Origin: an uncultured Ruficoccus sp.
GTDB taxonomy: Bacteria > Verrucomicrobiota > Verrucomicrobiia > Opitutales > Cerasicoccaceae
DNA length: 64,000 bases
Reading direction: 5' to 3'
Assembly (NCBI GenBank): GCA_965140785.1
Contig: OZ223497.1
Location: forward strand, 192,001-256,000
In this document: positions 49,835 through 59,760 of the stretch, in pieces
Layout of the letters: each line of letters begins with the position of its first letter
Numbering within the stretch: the first letter of the stretch is position 1
The notes under the pieces: model-generated
Databases searched by the model: none
The model's input: only the letters and a program-made list of their open reading frames with translations
Told to the model about the DNA's origin: nothing
Made by a program: the position numbers and the translations under genes

Positions 49835-50874
49835 CAGGTGCTTGTCGGGGCCGGGGGACGGACCAGGGTGCCTTCCGCCCACGTGCCCCGGATGAGGACT
49901 TCCTTGGGGAACTCGGGCAGACCGTATTCGTTGTTGTTGATCTGTTCGGCCACCAGGTCGACAGCGGCGGCTCCCATGCGTTCCCAATTCGGGTCCACGC
50001 CGGAGTACTCGGGGTAATTCGGGCTGCAGGTGAGCATGGCCACGCTGACCTCCTCGGGGATGCGGGCGCCCAGCTCGGACAGGATGCCCGCCACGTGCCA
50101 GTTGAGGGAGATGACGCCATCGGGTTTGTGTTTTTGGAACCAGGCCTTGATCTCCTTTTTATACAGGTCGTCGAGCAGGAGGGGAGGGATGCTCATTTTT
50201 TTTCCACCCGTATGCAGCGTGTGGGTCCGTTCATACGCGGCGCTGATTCGGTAGTGGCTTTGAGGTTCGTGGAACTTCTTGCACAGCAAGCCGATGCGCC
50301 GGCAACCGCGCTCCCACAACTTCTCATAGGCCAGGCAGGTGTTGCCAAAGAAGTCTTCCGCCACACAGTGCAACTGGTGCGGGGCAACATTGTAGTTGAT
50401 CGTGGTGACAGCGAAGTCTTCCCAGGGCATGTTGATGACCGCGGTGTGCCGCATCCACGGTAAAATAATGATCCCCCGTACGCCCCGCTGACTCAGCATG
50501 TCCGAGAAGCGCTTGGAGGTGAGGTTGGGTTCGCTGTACCAGAGGATGTTCGGGAAAAAGCCCAGCTTCTGGCAACGGGAGCGGATGCCGGAGATCAGCC
50601 GGGCGTCGCTTTCAAACTCCATCCATCCGTTGCGCTCGGGAAAGGTGTGGACGATGGCTAGCGCCGACTGCAGGGAGAGCGGCCGGGATTGCCGGACATG
50701 GCTCATCAGCGCGCTCACATGGGGATTGTTGCGGTAGCCCAATCGGTCGGCTATTTCCTGGATACGCTGCCGGGTGGCTTCGGCCACATCCGGGTGATTA
50801 CGCAGAGCCATGGAGACAGTGGCCGTCGTCATCTTTGCCTCTTGGGCAATGGTTTTGAGCGTCACATGGGCCAT
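49834..50874 (-). CDS. LacI-family transcriptional regulator
   Basis: VTLKTIAQEAKMTTATVSMALRN HTH; MGAAAVDLV..GTWAEG. Confidence 0.9.
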   Translation of the reverse strand: MAHVTLKTIAQEAKMTTATVSMALRNHPDVAEATRQRIQEIADRLGYRNNPHVSALMSHVRQSRPLSLQSALAIVHTFPERNGWMEFESDARLISGIRSRCQKLGFFPNILWYSEPNLTSKRFSDMLSQRGVRGIIILPWMRHTAVINMPWEDFAVTTINYNVAPHQLHCVAEDFFGNTCLAYEKLWERGCRRIGLLCKKFHEPQSHYRISAAYERTHTLHTGGKKMSIPPLLLDDLYKKEIKAWFQKHKPDGVISLNWHVAGILSELGARIPEEVSVAMLTCSPNYPEYSGVDPNWERMGAAAVDLVAEQINNNEYGLPEFPKEVLIRGTWAEGTLVRPPAPTST

Positions 50875-50885
50875 AGGGTAGGGGA

Positions 50886-50901
50886 TTTTAACGAATTAAA
50901 A
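50886..50901. promoter_or_regulatory. Putative operator TTTTAACGAATTAAAA
   Basis: Palindrome in the divergent lacI/LamG promoter; 14-bp core repeated in inverted orientation at 57732. Confidence 0.6.
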
Positions 50902-51009
50902 GGTGCTGGCCTTGTTCCTGTCAAGGTTGTGGGGTAGGCTTTTATGCATCCTAAGGCGATGTCAATTTCGTCTGAAATTCTTTTAACCCCGACAACTCTT
51001 ATCTTTGCG

Positions 51010-51810
51010 ATGATCACCCCAAGTTTGTATAAAACCTTTCCTTCGATCCTGGCTGGACTGGCCCTGTGTGCCAGCTCCCTGTCGGCTCTCCATGCCGCTG
51101 TCCCTCAACGCGATAAGCTCGTGCTTGAGCTTACCTTTGACGAGGCCGGAGAAGCGGGCTCGAAAACCCTCGACGCGTCCGGTCAGGCCGCCGATCTCCG
51201 CGGGGAGCCGGGAAGCGGCGTCGATGGACGCGCGTTCGACAACACGGGCTCCTCCACCATGGGCGGCAACAACCAACATCCCGGCGAAGGCGGGCAGGTG
51301 AAGATCGCCAATGGCTCCGAGCTGCTGGCCGGGGCCAAGTCCTTCACCCTGCAGGGCTGGTATCGTACTCAAGAGGGCGAAAAACCGGGCAACTACGCGC
51401 GGCTGCTTGCCAGCGCCCGCGTCTCCAGCTATTTCGATAGCGCCAAGGGCAAGGGACTGGTCATCTCCGTCAACCGCGATCACTGCCTGAGCCCGGACGG
51501 GGCCTATCGTCTGCCCGGCGAATGGGTCTTTTTCGCCATCACCTACGACGGCACCAAGGACAGCGACAACGTCTGCTATTACGTCGGCTCAGCCCGGGCC
51601 GAGGTGAGACTGGTCGGGCGGGACAGCATGGCGGCGGGTGAGGTTTCCACCAGCGGTTCTTCGCAGGCGATGATTATCGGTAATGTCGGCTCTGGCGATC
51701 GTCCGTTTGATGGACTGCTGGATAATTTCCGCTTGTGGGTGGATAAGGGAGGGACCGGCGCCGTGCTTTCGAAGAGCGAGCTGGAGCAGGTGCGCAAGTC
51801 CGATTCCTGA
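51010..51810 (+). CDS. Secreted LamG-like jelly-roll protein without PEP-CTERM anchor
   Basis: Signal peptide; SFTLQGWY, WVFFAITYDG, RPFDGLLDNFRLW. Confidence 0.75.
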   Translation: MITPSLYKTFPSILAGLALCASSLSALHAAVPQRDKLVLELTFDEAGEAGSKTLDASGQAADLRGEPGSGVDGRAFDNTGSSTMGGNNQHPGEGGQVKIANGSELLAGAKSFTLQGWYRTQEGEKPGNYARLLASARVSSYFDSAKGKGLVISVNRDHCLSPDGAYRLPGEWVFFAITYDGTKDSDNVCYYVGSARAEVRLVGRDSMAAGEVSTSGSSQAMIIGNVGSGDRPFDGLLDNFRLWVDKGGTGAVLSKSELEQVRKSDS

Positions 51811-51844
51811 ACCTCTCTCGCCCCCCTTTACCCCGAAGGACATC

Positions 51845-52591
51845 ATGTTTTCTCTTTATGCTCAACGATTTCCCGACCGGCGACCTGACAGGCCCCGGAC
51901 GGGATTCAGCTTGATCGAGCTGCTGACGGTGATTGCCGTGGTGGCGGTGTTGGCTTCGCTGGTGGTCGCCGGACTGAGCAAAATCAAGGTCACGGCGATG
52001 AAGTCCGAGGCCACTGCCAATCTGCGTCAAATCGGGACGGCTGTCCTCGCCTTTGCCAACGAGCACAACGGCACGCTGCCTGGCCCCAGTTCGCTCGGAT
52101 TGGTTCCTTACTATTACAATCCCTATCCGCGTGACCGGTCGATGCAGGCGGCGATTGCTCCCTACTTGGGGATTTCGCCGGACTCGGTCCCCAGGCAGGG
52201 GAGGGATCATGTTTTCGTGCCCCAACTGGTTTGCCCGGCGGCTTCCAAACTCGTGGACGATCCGGACCACCCGCCGCCTTACTACGTGCAGAACTTTACC
52301 CTGCCAATTCCGCGGGGGCGTATCTTCGGCGCGCAGGCCTGGGGCGAATCCGATGCGGTCGACGGCTGGATGCTCTCGCGTATCGAGCAGTTGGGCCAAA
52401 GCGGAAAAATCTGGCTCCTGACGAATTTGGACCAGGCCCTGCCGTCCGACTGGTCCGGCATCGGCACCGGGAGTATCAGCTCGTCGGGTTGGTTCAGCCG
52501 CCTGCCGGAAGCCCCGGTGTGGGGGGACGGGCGCCTGCGCCTGTATCTGGACGGCCATGTCGATTTTGTCCCCCGGGCTACAGAACCTTGA
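51845..52591 (+). CDS. Prepilin-type N-terminal cleavage/methylation protein (H-X9-DG-like C-terminus)
   Basis: G|FSLIELLTVIAVVAVLASL, NLRQIG, CP, C-terminal W-X9-DGHV. Confidence 0.85.
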   Translation: MFSLYAQRFPDRRPDRPRTGFSLIELLTVIAVVAVLASLVVAGLSKIKVTAMKSEATANLRQIGTAVLAFANEHNGTLPGPSSLGLVPYYYNPYPRDRSMQAAIAPYLGISPDSVPRQGRDHVFVPQLVCPAASKLVDDPDHPPPYYVQNFTLPIPRGRIFGAQAWGESDAVDGWMLSRIEQLGQSGKIWLLTNLDQALPSDWSGIGTGSISSSGWFSRLPEAPVWGDGRLRLYLDGHVDFVPRATEP

Positions 52592-52631
52592 GAAATGAAC
52601 CCGTTGCGGCCCCTCGCGGCCAACCCCTTTT

Positions 52632-55142
52632 ATGATAAACTTAGATCGAAAAATGCTTTCCCTGCTGGTGACGCTGTGTGCCGCTCCGCTCTGGGGCCAG
52701 GCCGACGAAGTCCTTTTTCAAGACGGCTTTGAATCGGGCCTGGGCTCGTGGGTGGTGACCGAAGACGACCCCATCAGCACCGTCCACCCGAAGGCAGCCC
52801 ATACCGGCGAACGCGGACTCCTGCTCAATGACGAGTACGACAATGCCGGCTCCTCCGTCTCCACCCCCCGCTTCCCGGTCGATCCCGAGATGGGCTACCG
52901 GCTGACTTTCTGGGCCCGGTCGGTGGAGGGAAATGGCGCGGGCGTTTACCTGCGCTTCTTCGACCAGAACGGGCGTCAGCTCCGAAGCGGCAGCGACATG
53001 CAGTCCATCTCCGGTGAGTCCTGGCGCGAGTACCGTTTGGAGGCTTACCCGCCGGAAGGCGCGGTCGAGGTGGAGGGCTGGGTCCACTCCTACAACGGTG
53101 CTACCGTGGTCGTCGTGCTGGATGATGTCGTGTTGGAATCCTTTGTCCCGCAGATCGCGCCGCCCTGGGAGTCCACTTATAAACTCACGCCCGACGATCC
53201 GCTGACAGCGGCGGATGTCCCGGGCCCGGATGGACTGGTCTATCCCGACTGGCGCATGTGCGGGATCGCCGGCGGCATCCCGGCGGTCAAGACCGTGATC
53301 GGACCCGAGCGCTTCGCCGGGATGGAGGGCAAGGACATTGCCCCGCTGATTAACACCGCACTGGATGAAGCCGCCGCCCAGGGCGGGGGAGCAGTAGAGT
53401 TGCCTGCCGGTGAATTCCTCCTGGAGAGCCCCGTGCTCATCCAGCATTCCGGCGTGGTGCTGCGTGGAGCCGGGCGCGACGAAACCCGACTGATTTACCA
53501 GGAGCACATTCCCTACGGTGAGTTGCGCGCCCGTTGCTGGACGCCCTCCGGTGTCATCGGGCCGAACGGCTTTTTCGAAATTCAGGCCAATCCCAAAGAC
53601 CTCGTTCTGCTCCGGGCGACCAGCGGCGATACCGTCATTTACGACCGCGACCGTAGCGCGCACTGGGGGAACCGTTTCGGTATGCGTTTTCGCGGCAAGG
53701 ATGTGTTGGAAGCCCTCGGGCCGGGCACGCACCCGGCCAAGGCCGAGATCGCCTACGCCAATGGAGATACCTTCACCGAGGAGTTCGAGATAAGGGTTTC
53801 TGAGGAAGAGCAGCCCGACGATCTCTGGATCGATCAGCACGGGGCGATCATGGCGGTGGGCCGCGGGCCCACCGGCCCCGAGATCAAGCTGACCGCCACC
53901 TCCGAACGCGGCAGCAACCAGCTCCATCTGCCAGCAGACCACGGCTTAAAAACCGGCGATCGGATCATGATTCTGGCCCCCACTACCGACCGCTGGAATG
54001 CCCTGACCGGCAACACCTGCCCCTGGGGTACTTTTCGCAGCAACTACCTCGAAGTCACCGCTGTCGATGGCGGCACGGTGACGGTGAACCAGCCCTTCCG
54101 AATCGACTTCCCGGTCGAGGACGGCACCTACGTGCAGAAGGTCGGCGTGGTTGAAAATGTCGGCGTCGAGGACCTCACGGTGGAGCAAAAGGTTTTTACC
54201 ACCGAGCTGGTCGGCCCGCGCATCCCCGCCACCCTGTGGTACCCGATGGAGGACCTCTGGGCCAATGGGGTGACCTTCTCCCACGGTTGGAACAGCTGGG
54301 TTCGCGGGGTCAAGGTCGTCAACTCCGGGCGCAACCCCCTTTACCTGACGCGGTCAAAGTTCTGCGAGATCCGCGACTGTATCGCCGACCGGGCGATCTT
54401 CCGTGGGGGTGGCGGTACCGGCTACGTGGGCTTCGAGCGCTCCTACGACTGCCTCATGGACACCATAAGCACCTACACCATGCGCCACGCTCCGGACCTG
54501 CAATGGGGCTCGGCGGGCAATGTCGTGCGCAACGGCCACTTCGTCGGAAGCGATGCGCAGTGGCACGCCGGTTGGACGCACGAGAACCTCTTCGAGAACA
54601 ACGTGATCGAGCAGACCAAGGACAACATTGGCGACGGCACCTACGGGCACGCCTTCTTCGCCACCGGCCCGAGTGACTCGGCGCACGGGCCGCAGGGCCC
54701 GCGCAACGTCATTTACAACAACGATGCCACCGCCCCGAAGAGCGGCTTCGTCATGCTCGGCGGCAACGAGGCCTGGCTCATCCTCTACAATCGCCTCGTG
54801 CTCGAAGAGGGCCGGGCCGTGTACGCCAAGGAGATGAGCTTCGACCACATCATCGCCTACAACACCTTTGTCCTGCCCGGCTCCCAGGGGCCGGCCATCC
54901 TGATCGGTTCCGCGAACTGCACGGGGATCGAGATCTACGACAACAAATTCTACGGACCGGTCGAGGAAGTGGCGGCGTTTGCCTCCGGCCTCGGCGAGTT
55001 CGAGTGGGTCGGGGACAACGAGATCCTGCCCATTCCCGCCGGGGGAGCCGCCTCTGTGCCGCGCCCGGAGCCGGCGGTCAAATCGATTTTCGAGTGGCAG
55101 CGTTCCCACTTGGAGCCGGTTGCCACCCATGTTTCACCCTGA
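52632..55142 (+). CDS. Secreted protein with CBM-like jelly-roll plus parallel beta-helix (pectate-lyase-fold) domain
   Basis: Signal peptide; DGFESG..YRLTFW; PDW..G..GGIP, GGGAVELPAG, VVLRGAG, ENLFENN. Confidence 0.65.
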   Translation: MINLDRKMLSLLVTLCAAPLWGQADEVLFQDGFESGLGSWVVTEDDPISTVHPKAAHTGERGLLLNDEYDNAGSSVSTPRFPVDPEMGYRLTFWARSVEGNGAGVYLRFFDQNGRQLRSGSDMQSISGESWREYRLEAYPPEGAVEVEGWVHSYNGATVVVVLDDVVLESFVPQIAPPWESTYKLTPDDPLTAADVPGPDGLVYPDWRMCGIAGGIPAVKTVIGPERFAGMEGKDIAPLINTALDEAAAQGGGAVELPAGEFLLESPVLIQHSGVVLRGAGRDETRLIYQEHIPYGELRARCWTPSGVIGPNGFFEIQANPKDLVLLRATSGDTVIYDRDRSAHWGNRFGMRFRGKDVLEALGPGTHPAKAEIAYANGDTFTEEFEIRVSEEEQPDDLWIDQHGAIMAVGRGPTGPEIKLTATSERGSNQLHLPADHGLKTGDRIMILAPTTDRWNALTGNTCPWGTFRSNYLEVTAVDGGTVTVNQPFRIDFPVEDGTYVQKVGVVENVGVEDLTVEQKVFTTELVGPRIPATLWYPMEDLWANGVTFSHGWNSWVRGVKVVNSGRNPLYLTRSKFCEIRDCIADRAIFRGGGGTGYVGFERSYDCLMDTISTYTMRHAPDLQWGSAGNVVRNGHFVGSDAQWHAGWTHENLFENNVIEQTKDNIGDGTYGHAFFATGPSDSAHGPQGPRNVIYNNDATAPKSGFVMLGGNEAWLILYNRLVLEEGRAVYAKEMSFDHIIAYNTFVLPGSQGPAILIGSANCTGIEIYDNKFYGPVEEVAAFASGLGEFEWVGDNEILPIPAGGAASVPRPEPAVKSIFEWQRSHLEPVATHVSP

Positions 55143-55170
55143 AAAACCCAACCTCAAACGCATCAAGATC

Positions 55171-56061
55171 ATGATTCACAAAAAAATCTTCACCGTACTT
55201 TTGACCGCAGTCGCGGGGAGCCTGCTGCACGGGCAGACCCTGCTCTACGAGTTCCAGTTCAATGACCCGGCCAACGGCACCAACACCGTCGGCACCGGCA
55301 ACCCCGGCGGAACCGCCGCCTTCACGAATAACAACAATGTCGATCACGACGATTTAGCCGCCGACTTGCACGGCTCTGCTGGCAGCGGCGTTTCCGGAAG
55401 CGCAGGCGACTATGCCTTCGACAATACCGTTTCCAGCCAGATGGGTGGTAACAATTCCAACCCGGGTTACGGCGGCATAGCCTCAATTACCAATGGGGCT
55501 TTGCCTCTCGACGGCATGGGTTCCTTCACCGTTTCCGGCTGGTACTCTAGCTCAAGCACAATCGGCAACTATGCCCGCTTGATCGAGGTCGGTAGCACCG
55601 GTGTGTGGTTTCAAGGATCGACCCTGCAACTGAGTACAAACGTAACGGGGGGTAGTGGCCAAAAGCTGGCCAGTGGGGACAACTCACTGCTCACTACTAA
55701 CACTTGGCACTTCTTCGCATTCACTTATGACGGTGCCACCGGCACGGCCACGCTCTACGCCGGGACAGATGCAGACTCCGTGGGTTTCATCGTCTCCGAC
55801 ACACTTGCCTCCGGCGATGTCTCCCTCGGCTCGGGTGTTAACCTAGCGATCGGCAACTCCAACTTCAACGATCACCAGCGTCCCTTTGACGGCCTCCTGG
55901 ACAACTACCGGGTCTGGGCCAGCGAAGATTCCTCCGGTGCACTCAGCATGAGCGCCCTGGAAGCTGTCCGCGCCGGTGACGTGATCCCCGAGCCATCCAC
56001 CTACGCGGCCCTGCTCGGCCTCTCCGTCCTGGCGCTGTCCGTGCTCCGCCGTCGGCGGTAG
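55171..56061 (+). CDS. PEP-CTERM surface protein with LamG-like domain
   Basis: Signal peptide; SFTVSGWY, WHFFAFTYDG, RPFDGLLDNY; IPEPSTYAALLGLSVLALSVLRRRR. Confidence 0.88.
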   Translation: MIHKKIFTVLLTAVAGSLLHGQTLLYEFQFNDPANGTNTVGTGNPGGTAAFTNNNNVDHDDLAADLHGSAGSGVSGSAGDYAFDNTVSSQMGGNNSNPGYGGIASITNGALPLDGMGSFTVSGWYSSSSTIGNYARLIEVGSTGVWFQGSTLQLSTNVTGGSGQKLASGDNSLLTTNTWHFFAFTYDGATGTATLYAGTDADSVGFIVSDTLASGDVSLGSGVNLAIGNSNFNDHQRPFDGLLDNYRVWASEDSSGALSMSALEAVRAGDVIPEPSTYAALLGLSVLALSVLRRRR

Positions 56062-56233
56062 GACCGGACTCGACGCGACCTTTACCAAGCCGCTGACTCC
56101 GGGCTCCTGCTGAGCGCCGGAGGAGGGAGGCTTGTCTTGATGCGCCTCGGCGTACCGGTTTTATTCCGGCACGCCGGGGATTTTGTCGTAATTACTCCCC
56201 CGATAGCGAGGGTCGCAGAAGCCTTGCACTAAA

Positions 56234-56273
56234 CAAAAAAGCTCACCGGTCTTTTGTCGGTGAGCTTTTTTTG
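56234..56273. terminator. Bidirectional rho-independent terminator
   Basis: AAAAAA-GCTCACCG-loop-CGGTGAGC-TTTTTTT between convergent genes. Confidence 0.8.
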
Positions 56274-56286
56274 CTATCTGTTCGTG

Positions 56287-57501
56287 TCAGCGAGCACCGC
56301 TGCCGACGAGGGCAGGGATGCCGACGCGCTTGGCCGGTCTCGCCCACGGCAGGGCCGCTTCGCTGAACAGGAGCCCCTCGTCATAAGCCTGCCGCATGGC
56401 CGCATTCAGCGGGGGGAAGTAGGTCAAGTGCTCGCCGGGCTGGATCTCCCGTGTGCTGAGCCGGTCGTTTGAAAACGTGTGTACGGGGACGGTTTGGATC
56501 GCCTCGACACAGAGGGTGTGGGCGAGGGCGGCTTCGGCTCCGCAGATGTCCGTGGATGCGTCCGGGGCGCGGCAGCGTTGCAGGCAGCGCCGGAATTTAT
56601 TCATCTTGTGTTCATCGGGGCTGCCATAGCTGATACGCTGACCATTGGTCAGGGTGGCTGTGATCTCCCCGCCCACGGAATATTCGACTTGGGCTTCTTC
56701 GCATTCGAAGCGGAAATGTGGCCCGTCAACCTCCCTGACGCAGTGGGCGGTGTAAAACAGGATTTCCGGCCCTTCCTCCGTTTCCACGCGGCAGCAGGCC
56801 GCGTCAAAGTTCTCGATCGGGTTGGCCCGGTAGCATTCCGCCTCCAGCGTCAGCGGTGTGACCGAGAGCCCCGGCGCTGGCCCGCAGACGTAGAGCATGT
56901 TGTGCAGGTAGTGCGCGGTGGCGTTGTTGACCGGACTGTCGAACACACGGTGGCCCTGCGGGTCGCGGATGCAGCCCGCCCAGTTGTTGCGGCCGTAGTA
57001 GCTGTCGGACCGGGGCCAGGCCACGCGGGTCAGCAACCGCCGGGGTGCGCCCAGACGACCGGCCAGCAGGTCGGCCTTCAAGCGCTGAATGGCCTCGCTG
57101 AAAGACCATTGATAACCGATTTCCAGAAACTTCCCCGCGGCGTCGCGTGCGGCCATCATGCGCCGGGCCTCTTCCACGGTGGCGCTGATCGGCTTTTCGC
57201 ACAGGACATGCATCCCGGCACCGAGGGCGGCGCAGGTCTGGTCGGCGTGATAAGCGATGGGCGAGACGATGACGGCGATATCCGCCCGGATGCCGGCGGC
57301 GAGGCAGCTCTCCAGGTCGTCAAAGCAGGGAACGCCCTCGGCGATCAACTCCGGCCAGATGTCTTTCTGGCGTGCGAAGGGATCGACCGCCGCGCACAGC
57401 CGGGCCTCGCCCGTGGCTTTGAGTGCGCGCAACTCTCCGAAATAAACATCACCGTACCCGCTGATGCCGACAAGTAAGACATTTAGGGGGGCGCGCTTCA
57501 T
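56287..57501 (-). CDS. Gfo/Idh/MocA family oxidoreductase
   Basis: LVGISGYG, HVLCEKP, IGYQW, NNATAHYLHN. Confidence 0.88.
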   Translation of the reverse strand: MKRAPLNVLLVGISGYGDVYFGELRALKATGEARLCAAVDPFARQKDIWPELIAEGVPCFDDLESCLAAGIRADIAVIVSPIAYHADQTCAALGAGMHVLCEKPISATVEEARRMMAARDAAGKFLEIGYQWSFSEAIQRLKADLLAGRLGAPRRLLTRVAWPRSDSYYGRNNWAGCIRDPQGHRVFDSPVNNATAHYLHNMLYVCGPAPGLSVTPLTLEAECYRANPIENFDAACCRVETEEGPEILFYTAHCVREVDGPHFRFECEEAQVEYSVGGEITATLTNGQRISYGSPDEHKMNKFRRCLQRCRAPDASTDICGAEAALAHTLCVEAIQTVPVHTFSNDRLSTREIQPGEHLTYFPPLNAAMRQAYDEGLLFSEAALPWARPAKRVGIPALVGSGAR

Positions 57502-57731
57502 CCTCGTTCCTCTTCATAAACAAAGGTTGAGCCCGGGCTGAGGTCGTGTCGGTTGGAGATAACGTCGGCGGAGACATGAGTGTGCCGGGCACGAGATCGG
57601 TAAACCCGCTCCGTCTCGTGGTCGGAAGATAAGTGATGGATGGAAGTCGCGGGCATGAAGCGGCCAGGGTTGGAATTGGAAAAACGGAAACAGTCTGTCT
57701 GTTTCCGTTTTTCCCAACAATGCCCCGGGTC

Positions 57732-57745
57732 TTTAATTCGTTAAA
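57732..57745. promoter_or_regulatory. Putative operator TTTAATTCGTTAAA
   Basis: Exact reverse complement of 50887-50900; upstream of the Gfo/Idh/MocA gene. Confidence 0.6.
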
Positions 57746-57849
57746 TTCGGGCAAATGCGGCTAAATTTCTCCGCGCGGGCCGCAGTGGGTCTCATCGGGG
57801 TAGGAGCATTTTTTGGACGCGGTGAGGCTCGTGCAGGGGATGGGGAGTC

Positions 57850-58390
57850 TCGCTGAGGCGACAGACAACGGGTCCAGGATTTCGTTGATTTGACACAAGG
57901 GCTTTTCGATGCGGGGCTTGTCCTGGTCTTCGCAAGCGTCGTAAAGCTCTTTCATCACCTCAGGGATAATGTTGGGCAAACAGATGGGCAGCCTGATGTG
58001 GTCGGCGGCACGCAGGAGAAACTCCAGAATGTCAGCCTGAGGAAGGTGGAAAAAGGAGGGCGGCATGAGGGCAACCCCATCGGCTCCTGAGCTCCAGGCA
58101 TACTCGGCCAGGGTGACGACGTTTTCCAGGCGGGTGTCACTCACATTGATAATAATGGACAGAGTAGGGGCGAGGTCGGCGATGGCGCTTATCAACTCTA
58201 TGCGGGGTCGGAATATCCAAGCGCGTGAACTCCCCGGTACTGCCCAGCGCGATAACACCGTCGACCCCGTTTTGCTTCAGGAAAGTTCTGTGGCTGGCCA
58301 AGGCCTGATTGTCGATGTTTCCATTGGCCTGAGTCGGCGTCTACAGGGCGTTAATTAGGCCCCGATGGGGCAGGAAGGAGATTCGCGCAT
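57850..58390 (-). pseudogene. DapA/NanA-family aldolase pseudogene
   Basis: GLINAL*TPT..GVDGVIALGSTGEF..GADGVALMPP; in-frame TAG, a frameshift, and loss of the central YN..K region. Confidence 0.7.
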
Positions 58391-58461
58391 GATCGGTTAC
58401 CTCTAAACGATTATCTATTCGATGCTGTTGTCCGGCTATCAACGCATTCAAAACAGAGTTA

Positions 58462-58479
58462 GGAAAAAACGTTTTATCC
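58462..58479. promoter_or_regulatory. Putative LacI operator GGAAAAAACGTTTTATCC
   Basis: AAACGTTT core; related site at 61679-61694. Confidence 0.5.
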
Positions 58480-58539
58480 AAATCGGCTCATTTCGCGATT
58501 TATCGATGGGCAAAGCTCATTCACTCGCCGATTTTCTGA

Positions 58540-59634
58540 TTAACTGTCCGCCCGACGGGAGGAAGCAGGCCTGGATGAAACAGGGGGCAGGGCGAGGGAG
58601 GCGCGCTGGATGGAGCTGAAAGGCGTGACGATCTCTGTATTGTGTGAACCGCGCCGGTGAATCAAGTCCATCAGCAGGCGGACGGCGCTCAGGCCTTGTT
58701 GTTGAGGGCTGGCCCCGACAGTGGTGAGGGGAGGGTCGAACAGGGCCGAGAAATCATAGTCGCCAGCTCCGACCACCGCAATATCTGCGGGGATGCGCAG
58801 GCCAGCCTGCTTGATTGCGTGGAGGGCGCCCAAGGCCATGCCGTCGGTGACGGCGTAGAGCCCGTCAATGCGCTCTCCCTGCTCGATCATGGCCTGCATG
58901 GCCTCGACCGCCGCGGTCTCGGTCAGGCTTTTTGCCACGATCTCCTGCACCGGGGAGCCCAAGCGGGTGGAGACTTGCCGCATGAAGCCATTGATACGAG
59001 TGTCTGTCACGTGCGTGACGGGGTTGCCGTGGAGCACCGCCAGCCGGCTGCGGCCACAGTCGAGCAGAAGGTCGGCGGCCCGGGAACCGGTTTCGGGATC
59101 CTCATACACACGCGAATAGCCCGGGATAGAACGGTTCACCAGTACTGCCGGGTAGGGAAGTTGGTTGCGCTGGAGGAATTGGTCGTCCCGGGGCGTGGTA
59201 TTGGTGATGATGGCAGCGTTGAAGTGACTGCCGCTCAGTAAGCCCGGCACCGAGTGCAGATCCCCGGCGGCGAACATTTCGATCGTGACGGTGAAATGAT
59301 AGGGGCTGCCGTTCGCGCGCTCCTCGTCCACGCACTGTCGGATGGCCTTGATGATGTGGTTGACCAGGGTCAGGGGCGCTTCGTAACTCGTGATGACGGC
59401 CAGGGTGACCGTGTTGAGTGAATCACTGCCGCTGCGCAGGCGGCGGGCGTTGATGTTCGGCATGTAGCCGAGGCGGGCGGCTGTTTCGCGGACCTTGGCC
59501 ACCGTCGCCGGAGATATCCGGCGCTCGGCGTGCTTGTTATTAAGGACGCTCGAGACCGACCCGATGGTCAGCCCCGCTTCCTCCGCAATCATGCGTACGG
59601 TGATCCTGTCCTTGCTTGCACTAGGCTTCTTCAT
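58540..59634 (-). CDS. LacI-family transcriptional regulator
   Basis: ITVRMIAEEAGLTIGSVSSVLN, GYMPN..AR.LR, D.MALGAL, PPLTTV. Confidence 0.9.
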   Translation of the reverse strand: MKKPSASKDRITVRMIAEEAGLTIGSVSSVLNNKHAERRISPATVAKVRETAARLGYMPNINARRLRSGSDSLNTVTLAVITSYEAPLTLVNHIIKAIRQCVDEERANGSPYHFTVTIEMFAAGDLHSVPGLLSGSHFNAAIITNTTPRDDQFLQRNQLPYPAVLVNRSIPGYSRVYEDPETGSRAADLLLDCGRSRLAVLHGNPVTHVTDTRINGFMRQVSTRLGSPVQEIVAKSLTETAAVEAMQAMIEQGERIDGLYAVTDGMALGALHAIKQAGLRIPADIAVVGAGDYDFSALFDPPLTTVGASPQQQGLSAVRLLMDLIHRRGSHNTEIVTPFSSIQRASLALPPVSSRPASSRRADS

Positions 59635-59760
59635 GGCTGTGCCTTGATTTGATCATAATCAGCCGGTACTGTGCACAAGGCAATCCACTAACGACAGGAG
59701 ACCTTCCCTTCATGGGACGAAATTATCTCCCCGCAACGGTCCGTATGAAACCCGTGGTGT

